DNA of 63,403 nucleotides, filler included, from Octopus bimaculoides (taxonomy: Eukaryota), in the NCBI RefSeq assembly GCF_001194135.2. It is 8 parts of 7 records of this genome, joined end to end, with 100 filler letters (N's around TTAATTAATTAA, not from the genome) between each part and the next. Parts side by side here need not be neighbours in the genome. Positions count along the whole stretch, not along the records: positions 29,537 to 56,340 come from NC_068987.1; 7 more parts are not named here. The stretch is one strand, 5' to 3'. The first letter of the stretch is position 1, and every line of letters starts with the position of its first letter. The position numbers and the translations under genes were made by a program. This document shows positions 39,104-49,574 of the stretch, one piece after another. A model generated the notes under the pieces. That model ran no database searches, had not been told where the DNA came from, and saw only the letters and a program-made list of their open reading frames with translations.

Positions 39104-39381
39104 TTCAACCGGTGATGTCATCCAATATAAAACCGCACCGCAATCCGGGTCTCAGAATTGTTGTCGGTGAGCCTGTAAACGATATATCCGAAGCGAAACT
39201 CTATCATCTGTTGCCTTACGAAGCTGTAGAAAATACGAACACACCCGAAAGGCAAGCGTACAAGTTCAAAGTCTTCTATGGCTCCAAGTTTGTACCGCAT
39301 AAGAAGAAAACGGCGCTGCACCGGAGGACTAGGAACAAAACAAAACTTCCTTCTTTGAAACGCATGCATTCTTATCAGTAG
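39104..39381 (+). CDS. Candidate terminal coding exon of an unidentified gene
   Basis: Pyrimidine-tract acceptor TTTCTCTATTTTCAG at 39089-39103, then a non-repetitive open frame QPVMSSNIKPHRNPGLRIVVGEPV...KLPSLKRMHSYQ* (91 codons plus stop); the other two + frames close early. No family recognised. Confidence 0.4.
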
Positions 39382-40369
39382 ACGGTGGAATGGAGGCGCA
39401 AGAGTGCTGGTGGGTGTAGTGATGTGAGTGGGGAAAGTGGCTGGAGGTGTATGAGAGGGGGAGGAAAGTAAAAGAAGCAGAGATTGTGTTAGTAGTGATA
39501 GTGATGGACGAAAATATTAAAAAGAAAAGATGGAAGAGTATGCATGTAAAAAGGGAAGAGAGGGGGAGAGGAGAGAGGAGACAGGTGTGGGCAGAAAGCA
39601 ATAATGAATGCAAGAATATGAGCAAAACTAGAAAAACAAGACACACGTCAATATATATATATTTTTTTCTATAATTTTTTTTTCAAAATTGATTTCACAT
39701 ATAAAATCACTCACTTTATTTACATCATCAAACAACAACAACAACAACAACAAAATGATAACGACGACGACGACGACGACCAGAAATAACAACAATAGGC
39801 ATGGTAGCAGCAGCAGCAGCAGCAGCAACAACATTAAAGAAACCAACAACCACATCAACAACAACAGTAGCAACAAGCTGAACGAGAAGTACAGCACCAT
39901 CAAGAAATATGCTGTTAGTGTTGTTTTGCTATTAAAACTCAGTTGTTATGACAGCTTTCATGTTGTTGCTATGGTTATTTAGTTACCATGGTGTCTAATA
40001 TACATTAGAGGAACNNNNNNNNNNNNNNNNNNNNNNNNNNNNNNNNNNNNNNNNNNNNNNNNNNNNNNNNNNNNNNNNNNNNNNNNNNNNNNNNNNNNNN
40101 NNNNNNNNNNNNNNNNNNNNNNNNNNNNNNNNNNNNNNNNNNNNNNNNNNNNNNNNNNNNNNNNNNNNNNNNNNNNNNNNNNNNNNNNNNNNNNNNNNNN
40201 NNNNNNNNNNNNNNNNNNNNNNNNNNNNNNNNNNNNNNNNNNNNNNNNNNNNNNNNNNNNNNNNNNNNNNNNNNNNNNNNNNNNNNNNNNNNNNNNNNNN
40301 NNNNNNNNNNNNNNNNNNNNNNNNNNNNNTATATATATATATATATGAGAGAATGTACGAAAAAAACAA

Positions 40370-40548
40370 CAACAGACGAGGACAGGTGGTGTAAACAACA
40401 AAAGGATGTATTAGTTTGACGCTCGGGAATACAGAAAGTCTTTAACGTTTCGAGCTACGCTCTTCAACAGAAAGAATACGGAGAAAACAAGGAGAAAAAC
40501 ACGGAGAAAAAAAATTGAATGGTGTTTGGTCAACGATCTATCATGGCT

Positions 40549-40550
<2 letters not shown>
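40370..40550 (-). mobile_element. HHR-like short repeat (copy 3 of 3)
   Basis: Reverse complement matches 2045-2198 closely. Confidence 0.8.
40439..40475 (-). ncRNA. Minimal type I hammerhead-like motif, A6U core variant
   Basis: Minus strand TCTTT-CTGTTGA-A-GAG-CGTAG-CTC-GAAAC-GTT-AAAGA. Confidence 0.5.
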
Positions 40551-40600
<50 letters not shown>

Positions 40601-40835
40601 GGTAAACAACGTGAGAGGTTAGAAAAGGTAGAAAAAAGAAGATGGACAAAATGTAAACATACATACATACATACATACAAAACAAAGTCGAGCACAGTGA
40701 ACTGTACGCCGGGAAAAATAAAGGAAATGTTAAATACGTCCACTGATATTTCAGGTGAACCCTGGATCAAAGTGGAATAAGAAAGAAATAAAAAAAAAGA
40801 AACAAGAAACAATACCTGTTTAGAGCATGTTTTGT

Positions 40836-40875
<40 letters not shown>

Positions 40876-41282
40876 GTCTGTGTGATTACATTCCGTAATA
40901 AAATAAAAATAATTCACATAAAATAACGAGGACACATATTAGAATATGACTCCGTTAATTTACCTCAAACTTCCAATTTTAAGTTTCAATTGACATAAAT
41001 AAAGCATTATCAGTGAGTGGAACAGCACACAGAAGAGTTAAGTGTGTCGGAACTCATTAAGTGATAAATATAAAACAGAAAAACCCCAAATCGCTTTATA
41101 ACTGTTAGAGTTTCTTCGACTCTATGCTTGATGCCTGATAACAGGACTAAGATTACAGAATGCTTTATATACACATGTGTCTATACACATAACAAAAGTT
41201 ATCAACATGATTCGTAATTCGGCTCATAAAACTTGGTGAATGCTAAGTATTTTGAAAACTATATTTCAAGCATATCGATATA

Positions 41283-41770
41283 TAGGCGCAGGCGTGACTG
41301 TGTGGTAAGAAACTTGCTTCCCAATCACATGGTCCTGGGTTCAGTCCTACTGCGTGGCACCTTGGGCAACAGCCTCCTACCATAGCTTCGGGCCGACCAA
41401 AGCCTTGTGAGTGGATTTGGTAGACGGAAACTGAAAGAAGCCGGCAATAATATATATATATATATATATANNNNNNNNNNNNNNNNNNNNNNNNNNNNNN
41501 NNNNNNNNNNNNNNNNNNNNNNNNNNNNNNNNNNNNNNNNNNNNNNNNNNNNNNNNNNNNNNNNNNNNNNNNNNNNNNNNNNNNNNNNNNNNNNNNNNNN
41601 NNNNNNNNNNNNNNTATATATCCACATATTATATATATATATACGCATTTTATATAAGTATATATTTGTGTTTGTGTCTCTATTTGTACCCCCACTATCG
41701 CTTGACAACCGATGTTGGTGTGTTTATGTCCTCGTAACCAGCATGGCCGCAGTCAAATGACTGAAAGAAT
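41283..41770 (+). mobile_element. SINE family A interrupted by a gap in its internal (TA)n; 3' part internally deleted
   Basis: Head TAGGCGCAGGCGTGACTGTGTGG at 41283; tail CCAGCATGGCCGCAGTCAAATGACTGAAAG at ~41740. Confidence 0.88.
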
Positions 41771-42226
41771 TAAAAGAACATATTTGCCTATATCTGTAGA
41801 AAAGAAAGATCAGTTTATTAGTAGACCAAGTAAAAAGAATATATTCAAAGTAATTTCTCTGATTTATATTAAAATATGTGTGAATACGGGTTCATATAAT
41901 GTGTGTGTATACCCTCATGCACACACACATGCACACACACACACACATATACATACACTCACACACATGCATATACATACATACATACATACATATAGAC
42001 AGACAGACGAATGTTTTATGTAAAATGATATATTTAAACAAATATTACGCTAAGAAAAACGCCGACGAATATATTTACCAGAGTGGGCTGAAAAGGTCAT
42101 AGACTATGAAGGAGTGATGCTAGAGTTGTAAAATCTTACATGCATTAATTTCAACGCTTCTTAACAACTGCACTGTGAGTAGCGCAAGGCATTCGTTTTT
42201 ATAAGGAAAAGGTTGTCAGTGTTGTC

Positions 42227-42627
42227 AGGACGTAGGAGTGGCTGTGTGATAAGTAGCTTGCTTACGGACCAAATGGTTCCGGGTTCAGTCCCACTGCGTG
42301 GCACCTTGGGCAAGTGTCTTCTACTATAGCCTCGGGCCGACCAAAGCCTTGTGAGTGGATTTGGTAGATGGAAACTGAAAGAGAAGCCCGTCGTATATAT
42401 GTATATATGTGTGTATGTTTGTGTGTCTGTTTGTCCCTCCCCCCACATCACTTGACAACCGATGCTGATGTGTTTACGTCCCCGTAACTTAGCGGTTCGG
42501 CAAGAGATACCGATAGAATAAGTACTAGGCTTACAAAGAATGAGTCCTGGGGTCGATTTGCTCGACTAAAGGCGGTGCTCCAGCATGGCCGCAATCAAAT
42601 GACTGAAACAAGTAAAAGAATAAAAAG
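42227..42627 (+). mobile_element. SINE family A, full length
   Basis: tRNA-like head, body, internal (TA/TG)n and tail GACTGAAACAAGTAAAAGAATAAAAAG. Confidence 0.92.
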
Positions 42628-44349
42628 AGAGAGTGTTTTCCAAGTTTTGCCTGTTTTTGATTTCGTCAAGCTACAAGTTCTAAAGTCTTGGATACGGGTT
42701 GTATTCTTGGGTCCATCTTGCAGATGGAGTATAAATTAATGCTATGTAGGTATGGTTTATTGTTGTTGAAGTAATGAAACATTGAATTGATAAGTATAAA
42801 TCATTGAAGCTGAAGAATCTGAGTGTATAAAAAAAGCAGAAGATGACCAAATATGAATTATTCTTAACCGGGGAGCTGGAATAACGGATAAAAATGAGAA
42901 GGGGTGAAGAAAATTGTCACTTATTCAAATTTTACATGAAGTTTAAGTTGATTAATACTTATCAAGAACTCACATATTTAAATTATACTACAAACTAGGA
43001 AAGTTCTCTTATTTTATAACTCCAATTCGGATTAAGACAAACACTTAAGAACCGTCCGATATCGGCATGGAATAAAATGATACCGTTGAACTCAGTGATA
43101 TCGTTGTACTCTATAAATTATCAGCTTTACTTACTAAATTTTCCTTTATTTCAGGTGGTTTTTATAAAGATGACAGCCAACTCGTTCTCAGAAATTTCAA
43201 CCATCGACAAACTAACAGTTTTACAACAAAATTTTAAAAACTCCTAGATTTCATGAAGGTGCAATACACAAATCACATCACACCAGTTTATGAAAAGGAA
43301 GGCAGAAATAAAAATAAGAACTGCATTTCAATTCACAAGTTTTCAGAACAGTAGCTACTCTGTTCTTCCAAATCTTCCAAAAGCACTTTCTTAGTGACCA
43401 TAAATACAACAATATTAAAATATCATTCTCCACAACTAATAACGTTGAATAGACTTTAATTAATTATACCCATAAAATAGCATTTAAATATCACAGCCTA
43501 AATCATACACAAAATTCAGTCAGCTGGAATCGTAATCATTGCTCATGCATGTCTTTAAAAAACTGGCTTGGTTTATACTGCAGTAACAAGCAACCGATAC
43601 ACTTACTTCAGCGGCGTACAAAGGTTTAACAGCTACAGGTTTCGTTACTTGAAGTGGAAAATAACAAGTAACCATTGAAGTCTACACATTTTCCCAGCCA
43701 AAGCTAACCAAGAACAAACCTTGTCAATTATGTCCCTTTGAATCCGTTGTAAATATTTCTTTGAAACAAATCTATTTTATCACAACTCCGTGTCTGTTTC
43801 GTCTTATGAATAGATAATCTCCAAAACTCTTAATCTTTTTAAGCTATCGTCTTTCCAAACTGATAAATATTCCTATATCTCTCGGAACACATATAAAGGT
43901 AATATTTTATTAACTCTATATTTTACCACACTACTGATAAACCTCCATCTCCGACATTGAAATATTATTCCTTTTTACCGTGTATGTTACCACATATATC
44001 ATCGTCCTCTTTTTATAAATACATAGAGATGATCCCGTCATATCTTATCTTACTTTGTATTCACTTTACCTCTACTAACATTTAGTTGACCGTTATTTCA
44101 CGTATGATTTTGTGAGGTAATAAATAATATGCACACGAACACGGGAACACTTCTATGTATGTATGTGTGTGTATGTATATTCCGAAGTCGAGAAGTATAC
44201 GGAAGACGATCTTTAGATTTTTCTTTATATATTTCTTTACTTCTGTTAGTATGAAATAAACAATTAATTTTAAAATAGTGAGTTTAATGCCTGTTTGTTT
44301 TTGTACTGTACTTGTCTTTCTTTAACTTGACGCCATGTTATTTGTTAAC

Positions 44350-45583
44350 ATGAAGAGAAAGAGGAATTCGTATGATATCACTTTCAAGCCGGAAGTTGTT
44401 GAATACACGAAGTCGCATTCGAATTGAGCTGCAGAAAAAGATTTTGGGGTTTCAGAAAAATTGGTCAGGGACTGGCGTTCGAAAGAGGAGAAAATGAAAT
44501 CTGTTGACATCAAATCATTAAAGAAAATTAGGATAGGAATGAGTCCCAATGAGGAGATGGAGACTATTTCGAGAGACTGGGTGGCTGAACTACTCACAAA
44601 TGGACTTGTCATGAGAAACATCATTAGATTGCAGGCTCTTCAAGTGTCTAAAAAACATGGTATATCCGACTTTAAAGCATCCCCTTGCTGGTGTACGAGG
44701 TTTATGAAACGCTACAATCTCACGCTGAGACAGAGGACTCATATTGCACAGAAATTACCTACCGTCGCAGAGAGCAAAGTTGATTCCTTCCGTCGGTATG
44801 TAATAGACCTACGAAATAGCCACGAATTTGCCTTGGAAGCAGTCGATAATATGGACGAGACACCCCTTTTTTAAAATATGATTGGAACTCGGACAGTCGA
44901 CGTTAAAAGGAAAAACACAATTTCGGTAAAATCTACGAGGGGCGATAAGGCCCACTTCACCGCAATTTTGGCTTGTATGGCTGATGGTACAAAACTTACC
45001 CTGGCTGTTGTTTTCAAAAGAAAGACTTTCCCGAAAGAGGGGTTTCCGAAGGGCATAGTGGTGTATGTTCAGGAGAAAGGGTGGGTGAATGAAACCGTAT
45101 TGACGAACGATGTGTGGTTCAAGCGCCCAGGGGCTATGCTTAATTCAAAGTCGCTTCTGTATGGGATATGTTCAGGGCTCATCTGATCGACAGCATAAAA
45201 AATAGATTAAAGGAGCATCGTGCCTACCAAACTGTGATTTCAGGTGAATGTACATTTGTGCTTCAGCCACTCAATGTGTCGGTGAACAAACCTTTTAAGG
45301 TGTACATGCGTGGAATGAATGGATGGTGAATGGTGACAAGGAAAGGACAAAGGCTGAGAACTTTAAATGCCCTGACCTTAAGACTATTTTTCAGTGGGTG
45401 ATAGATTCATGGGCTGAAATACCGAGTGAAATTGTGAAGAAATCATTTTTGAAGCTTGGGATCTCAAATCCCATGGATGGTACGGAAGACGACGAGCTAT
45501 ATAATGACTTCGTCTATGCAAGAAATGTTAGCCCCAGTGCTTCATCAGTTAATGAAGATCAGACAAGTGAAGACGAGAATTAG
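44350..45583 (+). pseudogene. pogo-like (DD35D, Passer/POGK-type) transposase pseudogene
   Basis: MKRKRNSYDITFKPEVV..N*AAEKDFGVSEKLVRDWR (HTH); FKASPCWCTRFMKRYNLTLRQRT (CENP-B-like HTH); NMDETP; WDMFRAH-35aa-QPLNVSVNKPFK (third Asp mutated to Asn). Several frameshifts. Confidence 0.9.
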
Positions 45584-46059
45584 GGTATATACGATGAGAC
45601 AATCACAACCAAAGAGTTTTACTTGTTATTTGGTGAAAGTGATGATCAGTATAACTCGATTCTACCTTCATTTATTCTTCCGATTTTTGTCACAATGTTT
45701 CATACACTTCCTTACAATTTAAGGCAGTTTATTATATTTTCTTCCCAATCATAGCACATATGACTGCATGGTTTTGTGCGTCAGTTGCTTCAAAAGTGTC
45801 CTAATAATGAAAGGCATAAATCAAAAAAGTAAAGGGAAAGTATTGAGGCAATTAAGTCTCAATACGATAAACACGCCAACTAGTGTTATCAAGGATAAAA
45901 TTTTACATTATAAACAACGGTTTCTAAAATGCATGAATACCAGTTGTTGTAAGTCATCTTCAGCTTACTGAAAGCTCGGTTACTGAACAACAATTATATC
46001 GGCGCGATTCCTAATCGAACTTTGCTCTCCAACATCAAAAAAGTCGCTCCGAGTTATAG

Positions 46060-46138
46060 TCGGTTCAGTGATAAAATTCCCTTGGAAGTCGGGGGTGTGA
46101 CTTATAGGCGAGGGCGCTTTATAGTCGAGTATATACAG
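46060..46138 (+). mobile_element. Probable right terminal inverted repeat of the pogo-like element
   Basis: Reverse complement reads TA|CTGTATATACTCGACTATAA, similar to the CCGTATAT terminus at 27145. The matching left TIR is only weakly suggested near 44173. Confidence 0.55.
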
Positions 46139-46188
46139 TAATTGTATACATATGTATTGACATAGACCGTAATCGCCCGAAAGCACCG

Positions 46189-46259
46189 GTCGAGAATTCG
46201 CTATACTGATCGGTCAGTTTCGGCTAATTCCGTAGCCGCATCAGTAGGGACCGCTCGAC
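46189..46259 (-). ncRNA. Type I hammerhead motif with extended stem I, A9C core mutation
   Basis: Minus strand GTCGAG-CGGT-CCCTA-CTGATGC-GGCT-ACGGAATT-AGCC-GAAAC-TGA-CCGA-TCA-GTA-TAGCG-AATT-CTCGAC. Confidence 0.7.
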
Positions 46260-46361
46260 TCGGCTCCTTTAAGAATCTTTATCAATACATGTATTCACCA
46301 TAAAAATCTATGGATGATTTAGCGAATCGCTAATGTTTACATAATAATTTAATATAGACAG

Positions 46362-46412
46362 CCCTACTGATGAGGCTCAAGAATTAGCTGAAACTGACCG
46401 ATCAGTATAGGG
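46362..46412 (+). ncRNA. Type I hammerhead ribozyme motif with intact core
   Basis: CCCTA-CTGATGA-GGCT-CAAGAATT-AGCT-GAAAC-TGA-CCGA-TCA-GTA-TAGGG: 5-bp stem I, 4-bp stem II with a terminal G-U, 5-bp stem III with tetraloop; predicted cut after A46407. Confidence 0.85.
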
Positions 46413-46686
46413 AATTCTCGACCGGTGCTTTCGGGCGATTACGTTCCCTATCAGTACATAATGTATACAATTATGTGCTTTAATTATAGCAGTAGAGTTT
46501 TTTAGTTCCTAATTCTAGCAATGAAGGTGTCCTAACACCCTAGTCATGTTCGGTGACAATTATAGTTTTCATTTTTGGTAAAACATTGCACAGAGCTGTC
46601 TATATTAAATTATTGTATACACATTAGCGATTCGCTAAATCAGATTTCTACCTCCCAGAAGTGAAGTATTAAATTTATCTTCGGAC

Positions 46687-46750
46687 TAGAGTCTGATGAG
46701 TCGTCTGCGAAGCTACAACTTTCGTGGATGCGAAACCATTGATCATTCTA
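46687..46750 (+). ncRNA. Type I hammerhead motif with long stem II, stem III mismatch
   Basis: TAGAGT-CTGATGA-G(T)CGTCTGCGAAG-CTACAA-CTTTCGTGGATGC-GAAAC-CATTG-ATC-ATTCTA; stem I TAGAGT/ATTCTA; predicted cut after C46744. Confidence 0.6.
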
Positions 46751-46916
46751 TGACCAGATTTTAACTTTATTACTTTAATACTTTACTGCTCTATTCGTTA
46801 GAGTGTGCTTCTCTTTCAGATATGCATGATACATTGACAATATATACAAATACAATAATACAGGTGACTAGACACAATATAAAACTAAAAAGGAAGAATT
46901 CGATTGTCACTAATAG

Positions 46917-47122
46917 TGACTGAGGGTGCATTGTAGCATCTACATTGCTAGAAATAAGAGTCAATGACCCTTATAGCCACAAACATAGCACCAGTCTATG
47001 TACTAACAGGGGACGGGGCGGCTAACTCTCCTGTCAGTACATAGACTTGTGCTATTTTGTGGTTATAAGTGTCTTTGACTCTTATTTCTAGCAATGTAGA
47101 TGCTACAATGCACCCTCAGTCA
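46917..47122. repeat. 206-bp foldback (94/93-bp arms, 19-nt loop)
   Basis: Outer 48 bp TGACTGAGGGTGCATTGTAGCATCTACATTGCTAGAAATAAGAGTCAA are perfectly inverted; about six differences in the inner half. Confidence 0.95.
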
Positions 47123-47322
47123 TACTACCGATCAAATGGCCTTGCTTAAATTCCTCACTCTTCTCAGTCATTTATGTTTTTATTCCCTTTTTCTTTTTAC
47201 ATTTATATTCTACATTTATATTCTCCACTCTTACTGTGCTCTCTACACATTCTGGTCGATTCTTCCATGTGTTAGCATGTACCTCCTGGCGACAATGTAA
47301 ACTTTCATTCAGTCAAGATACT

Positions 47323-47412
47323 CTTGGCCTGACGAGTAACCTGCTGTATACACCTCGCTTGGATATTTACCACTTCCGAGGTTCCGCTCGCTATGAAACA
47401 TATGTAGCCCAG
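47323..47412 (+). ncRNA. Type I hammerhead motif with large stem II insert
   Basis: CTTGGC-CTGACGA-GTAAC...GCTAT-GAAAC-ATAT-GTA-GCCCAG; palindromic stem III ACATATGT; predicted cut after A47406. Confidence 0.6.
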
Positions 47413-48305
47413 ATCTTATCTTCTCCATTCCTTGAATCTTGTATCCTTATTCGCACGCTCAGCAACCCTGGTCGCTTACCGTGAAATATAAAAAGAACTT
47501 CTTATTAGTTCATCGTACTTCGATACGAAAAAAATCCACAATCTTCCATCTCAATAAACCACTAAAGCTGTTTTTTATATTTACTACAGATTGTTTGAAG
47601 CTAACCTTCTTCACACACTTCGATCCTTGGATCTTATATATNNNNNNNNNNNNNNNNNNNNNNNNNNNNNNNNNNNNNNNNNNNNNNNNNNNNNNNNNNN
47701 NNNNNNNNNNNNNNNNNNNNNNNNNNNNNNNNNNNNNNNNNNNNNNNNNNNNNNNNNNNNNNNNNNNNNNNNNNNNNNNNNNNNNNNNNNNNNNNNNNNN
47801 NNNNNNNNNNNNNNNNNNNNNNNNNNNNNNNNNNNNNNNNNNNNNNNNNNNNNNNNNNNNNNNNNNNNNNNNNNNNNNNNNNNNNNNNNNNNNNNNNNNN
47901 NNNNNNNNNNNNNNNNNNNNNNNNNNNNNNNNNNNNNNNNNNNNNNNNNNNNNNNNNNNNNNNNNNNNNNNNNNNNNNNNNNNNNNNNNNNNNNNNNNNN
48001 NNNNNNNNNNNNNNNNNNNNNNNNNNNNNNNNNNNNNNNNNNNNNNNNNNNNNNNNNNNNNNNNNNNNNNNNNNNNNNNNNNNNNNNNNNNNNNNNNNNN
48101 NNNNNNNNNNNNNNNNNNNNNNNNNNNNNNNNNNNNNNNNNNNNNNNNNNNNNNNNNNNNNNNNNNNNNNNNNNNNNNNNNNNNNNNNNNNNNNNNNNNN
48201 NNNNNNNNNNNNNNNNNNNNNNNNNNNNNNNNNNNNNNNNNNNNNNNNNNNNNNNNNNNNNNNNNNNNNNNNNNNNNNNNNNNNNNNNNNNNNNNNNNNN
48301 NNNNN

Positions 48306-48356
<51 letters not shown>

Positions 48357-48668
48357 TGCATATGCACATACACACAAACGCGCGCAGACGCATACTCATG
48401 CTGATTTTTGTCAAACGAATCTATATGCACGTAAGCATACGTGCCACCAGTCAATCTTACAAACTTCCACTTATTCATCCATTCTTACACACACATCACT
48501 TACATTCGTATGTATATGCGTACTTACACATGATAGAATATATAAATACAGGCACACATACACACATACGCACACATACATACACACAATATATATACAT
48601 GCATGCATGCATACATACATACATACATACATACATACATACATACATACATACATACATACATACAT

Positions 48669-49052
48669 GGGGCATTGGGATATGTAACGAACTTCCTCAA
48701 CAAAAACCTGGAAAAATTAGGGTTCTCAAAACCTGAAAGAAAAAGGCTGATTAGAAGACTACAGATTCAAGCCATCAATGGAACTGTAAAGATATGTAAA
48801 ACTTTCCAAAAATTTAGCACATAAATACATATGCATGCATCTAGACATGAAAATATATACATAAAAACGCATCCATAAAACAAACATACAAATCTGCGCA
48901 TACACTAACACCAAATACTGCACACACACACACACACATGCACAAATAGCTAGATGATGTTGATAAAAGTTCTAATGAAGGAGCCTTGAATCTATGTTAG
49001 AGTTCGGCTCTTTCTCTATGGACAAGAAATACAGAAATGAAATTGATTGATA
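48669..49052 (+). mobile_element. 5'-truncated RLE-type LINE 3' end embedded in (ACAT)n (copy 1)
   Basis: GALGYVTNFLNKNLEKLGFSKPERKRLIRRLQIQAINGTVKICKTFQKF* plus 3' UTR, with (ACAT)n on both sides. Confidence 0.7.
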
Positions 49053-49080
49053 ACATACATACATACATACATACATACAT

Positions 49081-49481
49081 AATTGTAATTATTAGGTACT
49101 GGATATGTAACAAACTGCTTAAGCACCAATCTTGAGAAATTAGTCTCCTCAAAATCAGAAAGGAGAAAGCTAATTAGAAAATTACAGATTCAAGTCATCA
49201 ACGGAACTGTTAGAATTTATAAAACTTTCTAGATGTTTAGTATTTATGTATATATGATCAAGTCTAGACATGCAACTATATGCATGAGAATACAGACATA
49301 AAACAATGCATACAAACCTGTACATGCACCGACTCCAAATACCGCACACATACGCAGAAACATCTATAAATACTCTGTTAATGTTGTTGAAAGTCCAGTG
49401 AAGTAGCCTTGGATCTCGGTTAGAAACCGGCTCTTTCTCTATTGGTAAGAAATCTTGAAATAAAACTAAATAATAACATAC
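49081..49481 (+). mobile_element. 5'-truncated RLE-type LINE 3' end (copy 2, tandem, diverged)
   Basis: GYVTNCLSTNLEKL..SERRKLIRKLQIQVINGTVRIYKTF* and a homologous 3' UTR ending AATAATAACATAC. Confidence 0.7.
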
Positions 49482-49574
49482 TTGGAAAAGGATGCGTGGC
49501 GTTCGATCATATAATAATATAAATAATATATAAATATATGCATATATCCATACATATATGTAGATACCTACATC

